64,000 bases of DNA from NCBI GenBank assembly GCA_030698625.1, contig JAUYMS010000048.1:90404-154403 (forward strand), in the 5' to 3' direction. The notes under the pieces were generated by a model. That model had not been told where the DNA came from, ran no database searches, and saw nothing but the letters and a program-made list of their open reading frames with translations. The position numbers were made by a program, and so were the translations under genes. Position 1 is the first letter of the stretch; each line of letters opens with the position of its first letter. Positions 34,213 to 44,135 of this stretch are shown piece after piece. This stretch comes from Candidatus Omnitrophota bacterium (GTDB lineage: Bacteria; Omnitrophota; Omnitrophia; Omnitrophales; Aquincolibacteriaceae).

Positions 34213-35181
34213 ATGAAATACGCGCATGCCTTAATATTCTCTTTGACGCTGCTTTCGTTTGCTGCCGTTGGCACGGCCGCTGAACTCCTCGATCGCGTGA
34301 TTGCGGTTGTAAACGACGAGCCTATCACGCAAAGTGAGCTGGACGTATTGTTCCGTCCCATTTATGACGATTACAAAAATGAGATCCGCGGGGAAGAGCT
34401 TATGGTGAAGCTCAACGACATTCGCCGTAAACTTCTCAATCAGCTGATTGAAGATCGTTTGGTTTTTCAGGAAGCTGAAGACCGGAAGCTTGAAGTGGAC
34501 CCGTCCGCGATTGACAAGCAAGTCCAGGAGTTTAAAAAGAGGTTTTTGGAGGCGGATGCGGTAGAAAGCGCCTTGGCGTCCCAGGGGTTGACGATGAGAG
34601 ATGTGCGCGATCGATTCCGCCGTCAGGAAATGGTGCGTCAATTGCACGATATGGAAATTCGCTCAAAAGTTGTTGTTTCTCCTGCCGAGGTCGAGGAATT
34701 TTACTATGCGAATCAATCCGAGTTCTCAGACGAGGAGCGGATTAAAGTGCGATCGATTACGATTAAGAAGGATGAAGAGGCGCGGGAAAAAGGATTGAAA
34801 GACGAAGAAGCGCGCAGCCTCATCGAGGATTTGCGAAGCCGTATCCTTCTCGGAGAAGATTTTGGTGCGTTGGCGCGCGAGTTTTCTCAGGACATTCATG
34901 CTGCTGACAGCGGCATGAGCGAGTGGTTGACGCGCGGAAGCATGATTGCCGTCATTGATGACGCCATCTTCAAAATGAAGCAGGGAGAGATCTCGGACTT
35001 TATTGAAACGCCTATGGGGTACCATATGTTTCGCCTAGAGGAAAAGCACGAAGGCCACCAACGCGATCTTGAAGAAGTGCGGGATGAAATCTTTGCCCAT
35101 CTCTTTCGCCAAAAGGCCCAGGAGCGTTTTCAAGAGTGGATGTTGGAACTCAAACGCGGCGCCTATATTTCCATACGTTAA
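34213..35181 (+). CDS. SurA/PrsA-like periplasmic chaperone with a parvulin PPIase domain
   Basis: Signal peptide MKYAHALIFSLTLLSFAAVGTAAE, a SurA-N-like helical domain, and a C-terminal parvulin domain (GEDFGALAREFSQD...MGYHMFRLEE). The start was chosen at the signal-peptide Met. Confidence 0.7.
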   Translation: MKYAHALIFSLTLLSFAAVGTAAELLDRVIAVVNDEPITQSELDVLFRPIYDDYKNEIRGEELMVKLNDIRRKLLNQLIEDRLVFQEAEDRKLEVDPSAIDKQVQEFKKRFLEADAVESALASQGLTMRDVRDRFRRQEMVRQLHDMEIRSKVVVSPAEVEEFYYANQSEFSDEERIKVRSITIKKDEEAREKGLKDEEARSLIEDLRSRILLGEDFGALAREFSQDIHAADSGMSEWLTRGSMIAVIDDAIFKMKQGEISDFIETPMGYHMFRLEEKHEGHQRDLEEVRDEIFAHLFRQKAQERFQEWMLELKRGAYISIR

Positions 35182-35200
35182 AACCCGCCCCAAAAGGATT

Positions 35201-36226
35201 ATGACTCAGCACTACCTACGCGGTAAGCGCCGTCCGAGGATCGGCATCACCATGGGAGACCCCGGCGGTGTGGGGCCTGAGGTCACCTTAAAAGCACTTA
35301 AAAAACTGCCGTTACGGCCTGCCTGCGATTATATTATTTTCGGTTCAAAAGCAGTGTTGGATTACGCGCGATCAAAATTCCGAATTCCGCGATGCGCACA
35401 GGTGAGGGATCTAAAACAGCCGCTGCCGAGGGGTACGCAAATTCATTTCTATGATGTTTGCGGCGAGGTCTTGCCGACCAGTAGACTTCCTTTTGATATC
35501 GGTCGTGTAACGCAACGCAATGCGGCACTGGCATTTGCTGCCATCAAGAAGGCAACGAAACTGGCATGCGAAGGGGAGCTCGAGGCTATCGTGACGGCTC
35601 CGGTGAATAAGGAGGCCATGCGGCTGGTTTATCGGGGGTTTACCGGCCACACGGAATATTTGGCAAAGACTTCGGGATCTAAGCATTTTGCCATGATGTT
35701 TGTCAGCGACCGTCTCAAGGTTACGTTGGTAACGGTGCACGTGCCGCTAAAAAAAGTCAGCAGGCTGCTTACGCCACGGCTTATTGCAGAGAAAATAACT
35801 CTAACGGATCAATTCTTAAGGAATCACTTTGGAATTAAGAGGCCACGTCTGGCAGTGTGCGCACTTAATCCTCATGGCCGAGAGACCGGCCCGGAGGATG
35901 AAGCTGTGGTTAGGCCTGCGGTACGCCGCATGCAAGCGAAGCGTATTAGGGTCGAAGGGCCGCGGTCGGCGGATCAACTCTTCCACGATGCCTATGAGGG
36001 GCGTTTTGATGCTGTCATCAGCATGTATCACGATCAAGGATTAGCACCCTTTAAGATGATTGCGTTCCGCGACGGCGTCAATGTTACGCTTGGACTTCCG
36101 TTTGTGCGTACGTCACCGGACCACGGCACAGCCTATGACATTGCCTATAAGCGCCCCGCAGATCCGTCCTCGATGTTATCGGCAATTCGTCTTGCCGGAG
36201 TGCTTACGATATGCCGGCGTTCATGA
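35201..36226 (+). CDS. pdxA: 4-hydroxythreonine-4-phosphate dehydrogenase PdxA
   Basis: GDPGGVGPEV, NPHGRE, MYHDQGL and TSPDHGTAYDIA motifs. AAAAGGA SD. The track ORF from 35069 is extended upstream and overlaps the SurA-like gene. Confidence 0.85.
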   Translation: MTQHYLRGKRRPRIGITMGDPGGVGPEVTLKALKKLPLRPACDYIIFGSKAVLDYARSKFRIPRCAQVRDLKQPLPRGTQIHFYDVCGEVLPTSRLPFDIGRVTQRNAALAFAAIKKATKLACEGELEAIVTAPVNKEAMRLVYRGFTGHTEYLAKTSGSKHFAMMFVSDRLKVTLVTVHVPLKKVSRLLTPRLIAEKITLTDQFLRNHFGIKRPRLAVCALNPHGRETGPEDEAVVRPAVRRMQAKRIRVEGPRSADQLFHDAYEGRFDAVISMYHDQGLAPFKMIAFRDGVNVTLGLPFVRTSPDHGTAYDIAYKRPADPSSMLSAIRLAGVLTICRRS

Positions 36227-37101
36227 CTCAAATCGAACTCCTTAAGAAATACCAGATTCCGGTTCGGGGCCAGTTAGGCCAGCACCTCCTCATCGATCCG
36301 AATATTCAACAGAAGATCGTCGATCTTTTAGATCCGCAGCCGGATGAGTGGGTTCTGGAAATCGGGCCGGGATTGGGTGCGTTGACGCAGGAACTGCTCT
36401 CACGCGGCGTAAAAGTTTTGGCAATCGAAAAGGATAAAAGGTTCGTGAAAGTACTGGAGGAAGAGAACGCCGTACGTTATGCAGGCAAATTTACGCTCTT
36501 GACCGGAGATGTCCTAAGATTGGATTTGGGAAGAAGCATTGAGGAAAATATTCCTGACAGCAAATTGCCCATTAAAGTATTGAGTAATCTTCCCTATTAT
36601 ATTACCGCACCTATTCTTGTGAGCCTGCTGGACAATGACCGGCTGTTCTCAAGAGCCGTCCTAACGATGCAGAAGGAAGTAGCTGCGCGGCTGCTTGCGC
36701 AGCCCGGGACGAAGGATTATGGCCGGTTGACGCTGGCTGTGCGACTTTTGGCCGACGTCAAGTTGGGGTTCGCGATTTCGCGGCACTGTTTTACGCCGCG
36801 CCCTGCGGTGGAATCGACGGTTTTGAGTGTCTTTTTTCATCGAGGATTGGAGAAGATTCCAGATCTGGATCGTGCCCGTCTTTTGGGGCTGATAAAGCTT
36901 GCTTTTGGCAAAAGACGTAAGATGTTACTGGCCGTTCTTTTCCATGAGCCTTCTGTGGGGCGCACGCGCTCCGAACTTGCGGCAATTTTTGACCGTTTAG
37001 GTATCGCTGAGCAGGCGCGAGGCGAGGAACTGATGGCTAAGGACTTCATCGCGCTTGCACGGGCCCTATGGACGTTTGACAAGAAAAAGAGCCCATGCTA
37101 G
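36211..37101 (+). CDS. rsmA: 16S rRNA (adenine1518/1519-N6)-dimethyltransferase RsmA/KsgA
   Basis: GQHLLIDPNIQQKIV...EIGPGLGALT SAM-binding motif. The start could instead be ATG 36223. Confidence 0.88.
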   Translation: MPAFMTQIELLKKYQIPVRGQLGQHLLIDPNIQQKIVDLLDPQPDEWVLEIGPGLGALTQELLSRGVKVLAIEKDKRFVKVLEEENAVRYAGKFTLLTGDVLRLDLGRSIEENIPDSKLPIKVLSNLPYYITAPILVSLLDNDRLFSRAVLTMQKEVAARLLAQPGTKDYGRLTLAVRLLADVKLGFAISRHCFTPRPAVESTVLSVFFHRGLEKIPDLDRARLLGLIKLAFGKRRKMLLAVLFHEPSVGRTRSELAAIFDRLGIAEQARGEELMAKDFIALARALWTFDKKKSPC

Positions 37102-37114
37102 TATCCCTTTATTC

Positions 37115-37123
37115 TGTCATAAT
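37115..37123 (+). promoter_or_regulatory. Extended -10 element TGTCATAAT upstream of gatCAB
   Basis: TGnCATAAT lies 38 nt upstream of the gatC ATG. There is no good -35, which is consistent with an extended -10 promoter. Confidence 0.3.
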
Positions 37124-37160
37124 TTAGGGAGATTATCGAGAGTTCCCTCTGGAGGTTACG

Positions 37161-37442
37161 ATGTCGTTTGAGATTGATAAGGTTGCCGAACTTGCGCGAA
37201 TTCGTCTCAGGGAAGAGGAAAAAAGGAAACTTCAGGCGGACCTTGATGCCATCCTCAGATATGTTGAAAAGCTGCGAAGTGTGCAAACCGAAGGCGTAGA
37301 ACCCACCAGCCATGTCCTCAACGTCGAAAACGTCTATCGGCAAGACAAAGTCAAAGCGCATGAGATTCGCGATGAGGTCTTAGACCACGCCCCTCAGCGG
37401 GAAGATAACTTTTTTAAAGTGCCAAAGGTCGTCGAGCGTTAG
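37161..37442 (+). CDS. gatC: Asp/Glu-tRNA(Asn/Gln) amidotransferase subunit C
   Basis: 93-aa GatC similarity. GGAGG SD. Confidence 0.9.
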   Translation: MSFEIDKVAELARIRLREEEKRKLQADLDAILRYVEKLRSVQTEGVEPTSHVLNVENVYRQDKVKAHEIRDEVLDHAPQREDNFFKVPKVVER

Positions 37443-37459
37443 ACGCTTCCATACAGAAA

Positions 37460-38902
37460 ATGGCGGAAAACACTGCAAATCAAAATCTTTTCCAGCTAAC
37501 ACTTCGGGAAGCAAGAGACCTGATTAAAAAGGAAGGCTCTGAAGCCTTGCTTAAATCACTCAACGCCCGCATTGAATCGGTTAACCCGAAAATCAACGCT
37601 GTGGTTCGTTTTGATCCGGCCAAATACAACCCCGGAAAAGGCAGCGGACCCTTGGCGAACGTTCCTATTTCGTTCAAGGACAATATCTGCATTCACGGCC
37701 GCGAAACCACATGTGCTTCTAAGATTTTAGCCGGACATGTTCCTCCATATGATGCGACCGTTGTCGATAAGCTCAAGCGGGCGGGTGCGCATATTTATGC
37801 GCAGTGCAACATGGATGAATTTGCTTTCGGGTCTTCATGCGAGACTTCAACTTACGGACCGACACGCAATCCGTGGAATACGGAATACGTTCCCGGCGGA
37901 TCGAGCGGCGGTTCCGCGGCGGCCGTCGCCTCTGACATGGCAATTGCGGCGTTAGGTTCGGATACGGGGGGGTCTATTCGCCAGCCGGCAGCGCTGTGCG
38001 GAGTTGTGGGGTTAAAGCCTACTTACGGACGTGTTTCTCGCTACGGCCTTATCGCGTTCGGTTCGAGCTTTGACCAAATCGGGCCGCTTACCAAGACGGT
38101 CGAGGATTCGGCGCTCTTGTTGAATGTCTTAGCGGGTCACGACGAGCGCGACTCAACTTCCTTGGAGCAACCCGTCCCGGACTATACCGAATCTCTGGGA
38201 CGAGACGTAAAGGGAATGCGCATCGGTTTACCGAAAGAATATTTTGATGCAGAGGGTATTGATCCCGAGGTTGAGAAAAGCGTGCGGGCAGGTGCAGACC
38301 TACTCAAAAAAAAGGGAGCAGAGCTGGTGACGGTCTCGTTGCCGCATACCGAGTACGCTGTGGCGGTTTACTATATCGTTGCGGTGGCCGAAGCCAGTTC
38401 TAACCTGGGGCGTTTTGACGGTGTTCAATATGGCGCAAGGACTAAAGCCCAGGATCTCAAGACGATGTATCTCGAGACGCGCGATGCGGGTTTCGGCGAA
38501 GAGGCAAAGCGCCGCATTTTGCTCGGGACGTTCGTTCTGTCGGCGGGCTATTACGACGCTTATTATTTGCAGGGGCAGAAAGTAAGAACCTTGGTTCGTG
38601 AAGATTTTGAAGCGGCATTCAAAGAGGTCGATCTTCTGCTTGGCCCGACATCGCCGACGGCGGCGTTTAAAATAGGGGAAAAAGCTCAGGATCCGTTGGC
38701 GATGTATCTTTCGGACATTCTGACGATTCCCGCAAACCTGTCCGGGATACCGGCCATTTCGATCCCGTGCGGGCTGACATCCCGAGGGTTACCGATAGGG
38801 TTGCAGCTGATGGCGGCACCTTTCGACGAAGCCAAAATTTTCACTGCGGCGTACGCCCTGGAACAAGAAATCGGTATGTACAAGCAAAGACCTAAACTGT
38901 GA
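37460..38902 (+). CDS. gatA: Glu-tRNA(Gln) amidotransferase subunit A
   Basis: Amidase signature GGSSGGSAAAVAS plus the Ser-cisSer-Lys triad context. Confidence 0.95.
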   Translation: MAENTANQNLFQLTLREARDLIKKEGSEALLKSLNARIESVNPKINAVVRFDPAKYNPGKGSGPLANVPISFKDNICIHGRETTCASKILAGHVPPYDATVVDKLKRAGAHIYAQCNMDEFAFGSSCETSTYGPTRNPWNTEYVPGGSSGGSAAAVASDMAIAALGSDTGGSIRQPAALCGVVGLKPTYGRVSRYGLIAFGSSFDQIGPLTKTVEDSALLLNVLAGHDERDSTSLEQPVPDYTESLGRDVKGMRIGLPKEYFDAEGIDPEVEKSVRAGADLLKKKGAELVTVSLPHTEYAVAVYYIVAVAEASSNLGRFDGVQYGARTKAQDLKTMYLETRDAGFGEEAKRRILLGTFVLSAGYYDAYYLQGQKVRTLVREDFEAAFKEVDLLLGPTSPTAAFKIGEKAQDPLAMYLSDILTIPANLSGIPAISIPCGLTSRGLPIGLQLMAAPFDEAKIFTAAYALEQEIGMYKQRPKL

Positions 38903-40338
38903 ACGACTACGAACCCGTCATTGGCTTAGAGGTGCATACTCAGCTTGCGACGGAGTCTAAGCTTTTTTGTTCATGCTCGACCAAATTCGGTGCCGACGCG
39001 AATCGCAATACATGCCCGGTGTGTTTGGGATGGCCGGGTGCCCTGCCCGTACTTAACTCTAAGGCTCTGGAGTATTCTATCCGCGTTGGCCTGGCTTTGG
39101 GCTGTGAGGTTACCGATCGCTTAAAGTTCGACCGCAAGAACTATTTTTATCCGGATCTTCCGAAGGCTTATCAGATTTCACAATACGACATGCCGGTCAA
39201 CAAGGGCGGCTACATTGAAGTGGAGTCCAAGGGATCCGGTGAAAAGCGTCGTATCGAGATTACCCGCGCACACCTGGAAGAAGATGCGGGTAAGCTGTTG
39301 CACGAAGGAGTCGTGGGAGGGAGCTTGGTGGACTACAACCGGGCCGGAATTCCTCTCTTGGAAATTGTCTCCGAGCCGGACATCCGCTCCCCGGAAGAAG
39401 CGTACGAATACCTTGTGACCCTTAAGGCCATTCTGCAATACCTGGAAGTGAGTGACTGCAATATGGAAGAAGGGAGTCTGCGTTGTGACGCGAATATATC
39501 GGTGAGGAAAAGGGGAGAGACAAAACTCGGAACGAAGGCTGAAATTAAGAATCTCAACTCGTTTAAGATGGTGCAGAAGGCATTGCAGTACGAGATCGAG
39601 CGCCAGATCAATTCCCTTGAGAACCATGAGAGTGTCGTGCAGGAAACCCGTCTTTGGAATGATGAAAAGGGGCAGACCTTTCCGATGCGATCGAAGGAAG
39701 ATGCTCATGACTACCGCTATTTTCCAGAGCCCGATTTGGTTCCTTTTACCATTTCGCGGAGTCGGGTGGAAGAGATCAGAAAAACCCTCCCGGAGTTACC
39801 CGGGCAAAGGGTCGAGCGTTTTACCCAAGATTTTGGGCTGAGTCGTTATGATGCGCACGTCCTGGTGCAGGATAAGACTCTGGCGCACTATTATGAGTCT
39901 TGTGTTCAAGCGAAGGCAAACGCAAAATTGGCGAGTAACTGGATCCAGTCGGAATTGCTGGCGTTGCTTCGGACACGAAAATTAGATATCAGGGACTGCC
40001 CTGTTAAGGCCAAAGATTTGGCCGGTCTTATTCGGTTGATCGAAGAGGGGACGATAAGCGGAAAGATTGCTAAGGAGATTCTTCCCGAGATGTTCGAATC
40101 GGGAAAGTCGGCCGAAGAGATCGTGGAGAAGAAAGGGTTGGTTCAAGTCAGCGACCCGAAGTTGATCGAAGAAGTGGCCGAGCGGGTTCTCCAGGCCAAC
40201 CCCAAGTCGGTGGAAAACTTTAAGGCCGGCAAAAAGCAGGCGCTCGGGTTTTTGGTGGGGCAGATCATGAAAGAAACGCAAGGTAAAGCCAACCCCAAAC
40301 TTGCAAATGAGATTTTAGAGAAGAAGCTGGGGCACTAA
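38899..40338 (+). CDS. gatB: Asp/Glu-tRNA amidotransferase subunit B
   Basis: GTG start overlapping the gatA stop. GLEVHTQL motif, with GatB and YqeY-like C-terminal domains. Confidence 0.95.
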   Translation: MNDYEPVIGLEVHTQLATESKLFCSCSTKFGADANRNTCPVCLGWPGALPVLNSKALEYSIRVGLALGCEVTDRLKFDRKNYFYPDLPKAYQISQYDMPVNKGGYIEVESKGSGEKRRIEITRAHLEEDAGKLLHEGVVGGSLVDYNRAGIPLLEIVSEPDIRSPEEAYEYLVTLKAILQYLEVSDCNMEEGSLRCDANISVRKRGETKLGTKAEIKNLNSFKMVQKALQYEIERQINSLENHESVVQETRLWNDEKGQTFPMRSKEDAHDYRYFPEPDLVPFTISRSRVEEIRKTLPELPGQRVERFTQDFGLSRYDAHVLVQDKTLAHYYESCVQAKANAKLASNWIQSELLALLRTRKLDIRDCPVKAKDLAGLIRLIEEGTISGKIAKEILPEMFESGKSAEEIVEKKGLVQVSDPKLIEEVAERVLQANPKSVENFKAGKKQALGFLVGQIMKETQGKANPKLANEILEKKLGH

Positions 40339-40344
40339 TCAGCC

Positions 40345-41337
40345 ATGCTTACACTGGGCATTGAGACGTCTTGTGACGAAACCGCCTGCGCTGTCCTTGA
40401 CGGATCCGACAAAATTCGCTCAAACGTTATCTCATCGAGTCTCTTTAGACATAGGCCGTTCGGCGGCGTTGTTCCTGAAATCGCGTCCCGTCATTGCCTA
40501 GAGCAAATTGATTTTGTATTTCAGGAAGCCTTAAGTCAGGGCCGAATCAAGCCCGGGGATCTGGATCTGGTCGCGGTAACACAAGGGCCGGGGCTTATCG
40601 GTTCCTTGCTCGTGGGAATTGTATTTGCGAAGACATTCAGTTATCAAATGGGTATTCCTCTAGTGGGGGTCAATCACCTTGAGGCTCATCTCGTGGCCAA
40701 CTTCATCGGTTCACGCAAACCCTCCCGTTTTATCGGGCTCTTGGTTTCCGGCGGCCATACGGGACTTTATCTGTGTGAGAAGGGGGGCTGTGCGCTGTTG
40801 GGAGAAACTGTCGACGACGCGGTAGGAGAGGCATACGATAAGACAGCCAAGATGATGGGGCTCGGATATCCCGGAGGTCCCATTATGGATCGTTTGGCCG
40901 CAGAGGGAAATTCAAAAAAGTACTCCTTCACCAAGCCTAAACAGAAAAATAGGTTTGCCTTTAGTTTTAGCGGGATTAAGACAGCCGTCCTCTACCGTAT
41001 TCGTGACCGGAAACGTGTTACCCAGGCGTTCCGCCGTGACATGGCCGCGAGCTTTCAACGTGCGGTCGTGAGTTGGCTTGTTGATAAAGCCTTGGATGCC
41101 GCAAGGGCGAAGCAGGCAAAACACATTGTGGTCGGGGGTGGTGTGAGCGCGAACTCGGAGTTGCGTAGGGTGCTCAACTCGGAAGCTGCCAAACACGGAA
41201 TTCGTGTTTGGTTTCCGACGTTCGAGTTGACCATGGATAATGCGGCAATGATTGCAAGAAGGGGAGTCGACCTTTACAAGCAGGGCAAACGCGATACATT
41301 GACGCTTACGGGAGATCCGAATTTTAAAGTAACTTAA
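40345..41337 (+). CDS. tsaD: tRNA N6-threonylcarbamoyladenosine synthase TsaD (Kae1/Gcp)
   Basis: MLTLGIETSCDETACAV start and ASKH-fold metal-binding motifs (HLEAH). Confidence 0.9.
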   Translation: MLTLGIETSCDETACAVLDGSDKIRSNVISSSLFRHRPFGGVVPEIASRHCLEQIDFVFQEALSQGRIKPGDLDLVAVTQGPGLIGSLLVGIVFAKTFSYQMGIPLVGVNHLEAHLVANFIGSRKPSRFIGLLVSGGHTGLYLCEKGGCALLGETVDDAVGEAYDKTAKMMGLGYPGGPIMDRLAAEGNSKKYSFTKPKQKNRFAFSFSGIKTAVLYRIRDRKRVTQAFRRDMAASFQRAVVSWLVDKALDAARAKQAKHIVVGGGVSANSELRRVLNSEAAKHGIRVWFPTFELTMDNAAMIARRGVDLYKQGKRDTLTLTGDPNFKVT

Positions 41338-41349
41338 AGGGGGGAAGTT

Positions 41350-41799
41350 ATGGTCGTCTTCGATGCGCATCATGCCGATATTGCATTCCGGCTCCTTATG
41401 GCCACCTTGCTGGGTGGGATCATTGGTTTAGAACGAGAGAGGCACGGTAAGGACGCGGGCCTAAGAACGTACACGATCGTATGTCTGGGTTCTGCGCTAG
41501 TAATGATTGTTTCCATTGATCTTTTTGAGATGTACAAGGGAGTGACAACGGTCGACCCGTCACGTATCGCGGCGCAGGTTGTGAGCGGTATAGGTTTTCT
41601 TGGTGCCGGCGCGATTATTCGCTTTCCGCAAGGCGTGCGGGGGCTGACCACGGCGGCGGGCATATGGGTTGCTGCCGGCATCGGTCTCGCGTGTGGTGCC
41701 GGCCAATATTGGCCTGCCATGGTTACGACGGTCCTGGTTCTCGCCATCCTCGTCATCTTTTCGAAAGTGGATCAGCATTTGCGTGGTAAACGCGTCTGA
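41350..41799 (+). CDS. MgtC/SapB family membrane protein (short form, membrane domain only)
   Basis: LLMATLLGGIIGLERE signature and four predicted TM helices. Confidence 0.75.
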   Translation: MVVFDAHHADIAFRLLMATLLGGIIGLERERHGKDAGLRTYTIVCLGSALVMIVSIDLFEMYKGVTTVDPSRIAAQVVSGIGFLGAGAIIRFPQGVRGLTTAAGIWVAAGIGLACGAGQYWPAMVTTVLVLAILVIFSKVDQHLRGKRV

Positions 41800-41802
41800 G
41801 TC

Positions 41803-42582
41803 ATGACCTTCACGCAGAAAGCCATCGAGCGCATTCTTAAAGAAGTGCGCGAGCGGGTGATTTCGGAGAAGGAAGCGTTTGCCAGGTTAAAGAACCTGCC
41901 TTACGAAGACCTGTCTTTTGCCCGCATCGATCATCACCGCAGTTTCCGCAAGGGCATGCCGGAAGCCGTCTATGCGCCAGGAAAGTCTGTAGAGCAACTG
42001 GATAAAATTATTCGTCTGTTTCAAAAGTCCGGGCAGCAGCTCATCGTCACACGGCTGAAGCCCGAAGTGTACGCCAAGCTGAAGAAAAAACTGCCGCGCC
42101 TCAAGTATTCCCGCCACGGATGTATTGGCCATTTTGCCATTCCCAAAAAGAAAATGATTTTCAGAGAACCGGCGGTCGCTGTGATTACCGCGGGAACATC
42201 TGACGTACCCGTTGCCGAAGAAGCCGTGATTACGCTTGAATCTACAGGCCGACGAGCAGAAAGGTTTTACGACTGCGGAGTTGCGGGTCTTCATCGTCTG
42301 CTGGATCAATTGCCCGAAATCAAGAGGTGCGGGGTTATAATCTGCGTGGCGGGCATGGAAGGCGCTTTGGTCAGTGTGGTGGCCGGGCTTGTCGATAAAC
42401 CCGTTATTGCGGTTCCAACCAGCGTCGGTTACGGTGCCCATTTTCGTGGCCTTGCTCCGCTACTTTCCATGATGAATTCCTGTGCCCAGGGTGTTGCCGT
42501 CGTCAACATTGACAATGGTTTTGGTGCCGCCTGTTTCGCCTCGCTCACCCTAGCTAGCCAGTCATTTAAAGCGGCTACATAA
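41803..42582 (+). CDS. larB: LarB, nickel-pincer nucleotide cofactor biosynthesis carboxylase/hydrolase (PurE-like)
   Basis: Full-length co-linearity with L. plantarum LarB, including VITAGTSDVPVAEEA, GVAGLHRLL, VAGMEGAL and VNIDNGFGAA. Confidence 0.85.
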   Translation: MTFTQKAIERILKEVRERVISEKEAFARLKNLPYEDLSFARIDHHRSFRKGMPEAVYAPGKSVEQLDKIIRLFQKSGQQLIVTRLKPEVYAKLKKKLPRLKYSRHGCIGHFAIPKKKMIFREPAVAVITAGTSDVPVAEEAVITLESTGRRAERFYDCGVAGLHRLLDQLPEIKRCGVIICVAGMEGALVSVVAGLVDKPVIAVPTSVGYGAHFRGLAPLLSMMNSCAQGVAVVNIDNGFGAACFASLTLASQSFKAAT

Positions 42583-42656
42583 TTGTACATTCCCTGACCT
42601 ACAGATTTGTAGATTCTCCCCCTGTTTCTCTTTCTAGAAAATGGGCGTAAAAAATC

Positions 42657-42689
42657 ATAAGTGTATTTATATAAGCTACTTACACTTAT
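42657..42689. repeat. Perfect 9-bp inverted repeat ATAAGTGTA-N15-TACACTTAT, 24 nt upstream of the sigma-54 element
   Basis: Seen directly in the sequence. Candidate activator or operator site. Confidence 0.4.
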
Positions 42690-42712
42690 TATTATGCTTG
42701 TGGGTGGTGAGT

Positions 42713-42728
42713 TGGCACGGTCATTGCA
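42713..42728 (+). promoter_or_regulatory. Sigma-54 (-24/-12) promoter TGGCACG-N4-TTGCA upstream of amt-glnK
   Basis: Exact match to the GG-N10-GC consensus core TGGCAC-N5-TTGCA, located 60 nt upstream of the amt start codon. amtB-glnK is classically NtrC/sigma-54 controlled. Confidence 0.5.
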
Positions 42729-42787
42729 AAGTAAGATCCATGATGATGGGCACATTGCACAAAAAAGAGATTTCACAGGAGGGGTTT

Positions 42788-44107
42788 ATGAGTAAATGGA
42801 AGAAAGGCCTTTTGACGGCTCTTTTTGCTCTGCCGATGTTGGCTATCAGTTCCTTGGCATGGGCGGAAGGCACCGTTTCACAGGGTGTTTTTATTGCCAA
42901 CAATAACTGGATGATGGTTTCGACGTTTCTCGTGTTTATCATGCATCTTGGGTTCGCTTCTATCGAATCGGGGCTCACAAGATCGAAGAACACGGTGAAC
43001 ATCCTGTTCAAAAATACGCTAATCGTGGCAATCGGCTTCTTGACCTTCGCCTTGATGGGTTTTAACCTGATGTATCCGGGAGACAGCTGGATTTTTGGCA
43101 AATTCCTGGGTTTTGCGGGTTTTGGGCTCACTAGTCCCGAAGGTGCGGCTGGCTTGATCGATTATGCTGATGGCGGTTATACGTATTGGACCGACTTCAT
43201 GTTCCAGGCCGTCTTTGCAGCAACGGGAGCTACGATCGTTTCCGGTGCGGTGGCCGAGCGTGTGAAGCTGAATAGCTTTTTGATTTTCACAGTTATTTAT
43301 GTTTCGTTGATTTATCCTATTTTCGGCTCATGGAAATGGGGTGGTGGCTGGCTTGATGAAGCCGGTTTTTATGATTTTGCCGGCTCAACCGTCGTGCATT
43401 CAGTCGGAGGTTGGGGAGCTTTGGCCGGTGCGCTGGTTCTCGGGCCCCGTCTCGGTAAGTATTTTAAGGGCGGTATCCGGCCTATTATGGGACATAGTTT
43501 ACCGCTAGCCACGATCGGCTGTTTTATGCTGTGGCTCGGCTGGTTTGGTTTCAACGGAGGTTCGGTTTTGTCCGCTGATCCGGGTCCTGTCTCCTTCGTG
43601 TTGACTACGACGTGCCTCGCTGCAGCCGCAGGAATCGTCAGCGCAATGCTGACCTCATGGTTTGTCCAGAAGAAACCGGACTTTTCCATGGTCCTCAATG
43701 GTTGTCTCGCGGGCCTGGTAGGCATTACGGCAGGTGCCGATGTGGTATCTGTCACGTCTGCGGTTATTATCGGTTTGGTAGCTGGCGTGATCGTGGTGTT
43801 TTCCGTTATCGCGTTTGACAAGATCAAAATTGACGATCCGGTCGGTGCGATTTCGGTTCATCTGGTTTGCGGTATGTGGGGTACACTTGCCGTAGGTATT
43901 TTCAGCGCAGAACACAGTATCGGCGCACAGCTTCTCGGTATTGGTGCTGCCGGGGCCCTGTGTTTTCCGGCTGCTCTCCTTATCTTTATGATCCTCAAAA
44001 TCACGATCGGCATTCGCGTGAGCGAGGAAGAAGAACTGCGCGGACTGGATCTGAGCGAGCATGGCATGGAGGCTTACGCCGGCTTTCAGGTATTTACAAC
44101 GCAGTAA
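42788..44107 (+). CDS. amt: Ammonium transporter Amt (with signal peptide)
   Basis: AGGAGGGG SD 5 nt before ATG 42788. 11 TM, with the Amt signature region and conserved twin-His (H...H) pore residues. The track ORF from 42641 is an upstream artefact. Confidence 0.9.
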   Translation: MSKWKKGLLTALFALPMLAISSLAWAEGTVSQGVFIANNNWMMVSTFLVFIMHLGFASIESGLTRSKNTVNILFKNTLIVAIGFLTFALMGFNLMYPGDSWIFGKFLGFAGFGLTSPEGAAGLIDYADGGYTYWTDFMFQAVFAATGATIVSGAVAERVKLNSFLIFTVIYVSLIYPIFGSWKWGGGWLDEAGFYDFAGSTVVHSVGGWGALAGALVLGPRLGKYFKGGIRPIMGHSLPLATIGCFMLWLGWFGFNGGSVLSADPGPVSFVLTTTCLAAAAGIVSAMLTSWFVQKKPDFSMVLNGCLAGLVGITAGADVVSVTSAVIIGLVAGVIVVFSVIAFDKIKIDDPVGAISVHLVCGMWGTLAVGIFSAEHSIGAQLLGIGAAGALCFPAALLIFMILKITIGIRVSEEEELRGLDLSEHGMEAYAGFQVFTTQ

Positions 44108-44135
44108 ATGACCAAATGACACAAGGAGATTAAAA

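Noticed and set aside
37076-37081. Consensus TTGACA near the rsmA 3' end as a -35 for gatC
   Set aside because: It lies 36 nt from the CATAAT -10, far outside the 16-18 nt window. The extended -10 alone is the better model.
42746-42760. Second TGGCAC-like element (GGGCACaTTGCA) downstream of the sigma-54 promoter
   Set aside because: The spacing between GG and GC is 1-2 nt instead of 10, so it is not a functional -24/-12 element.
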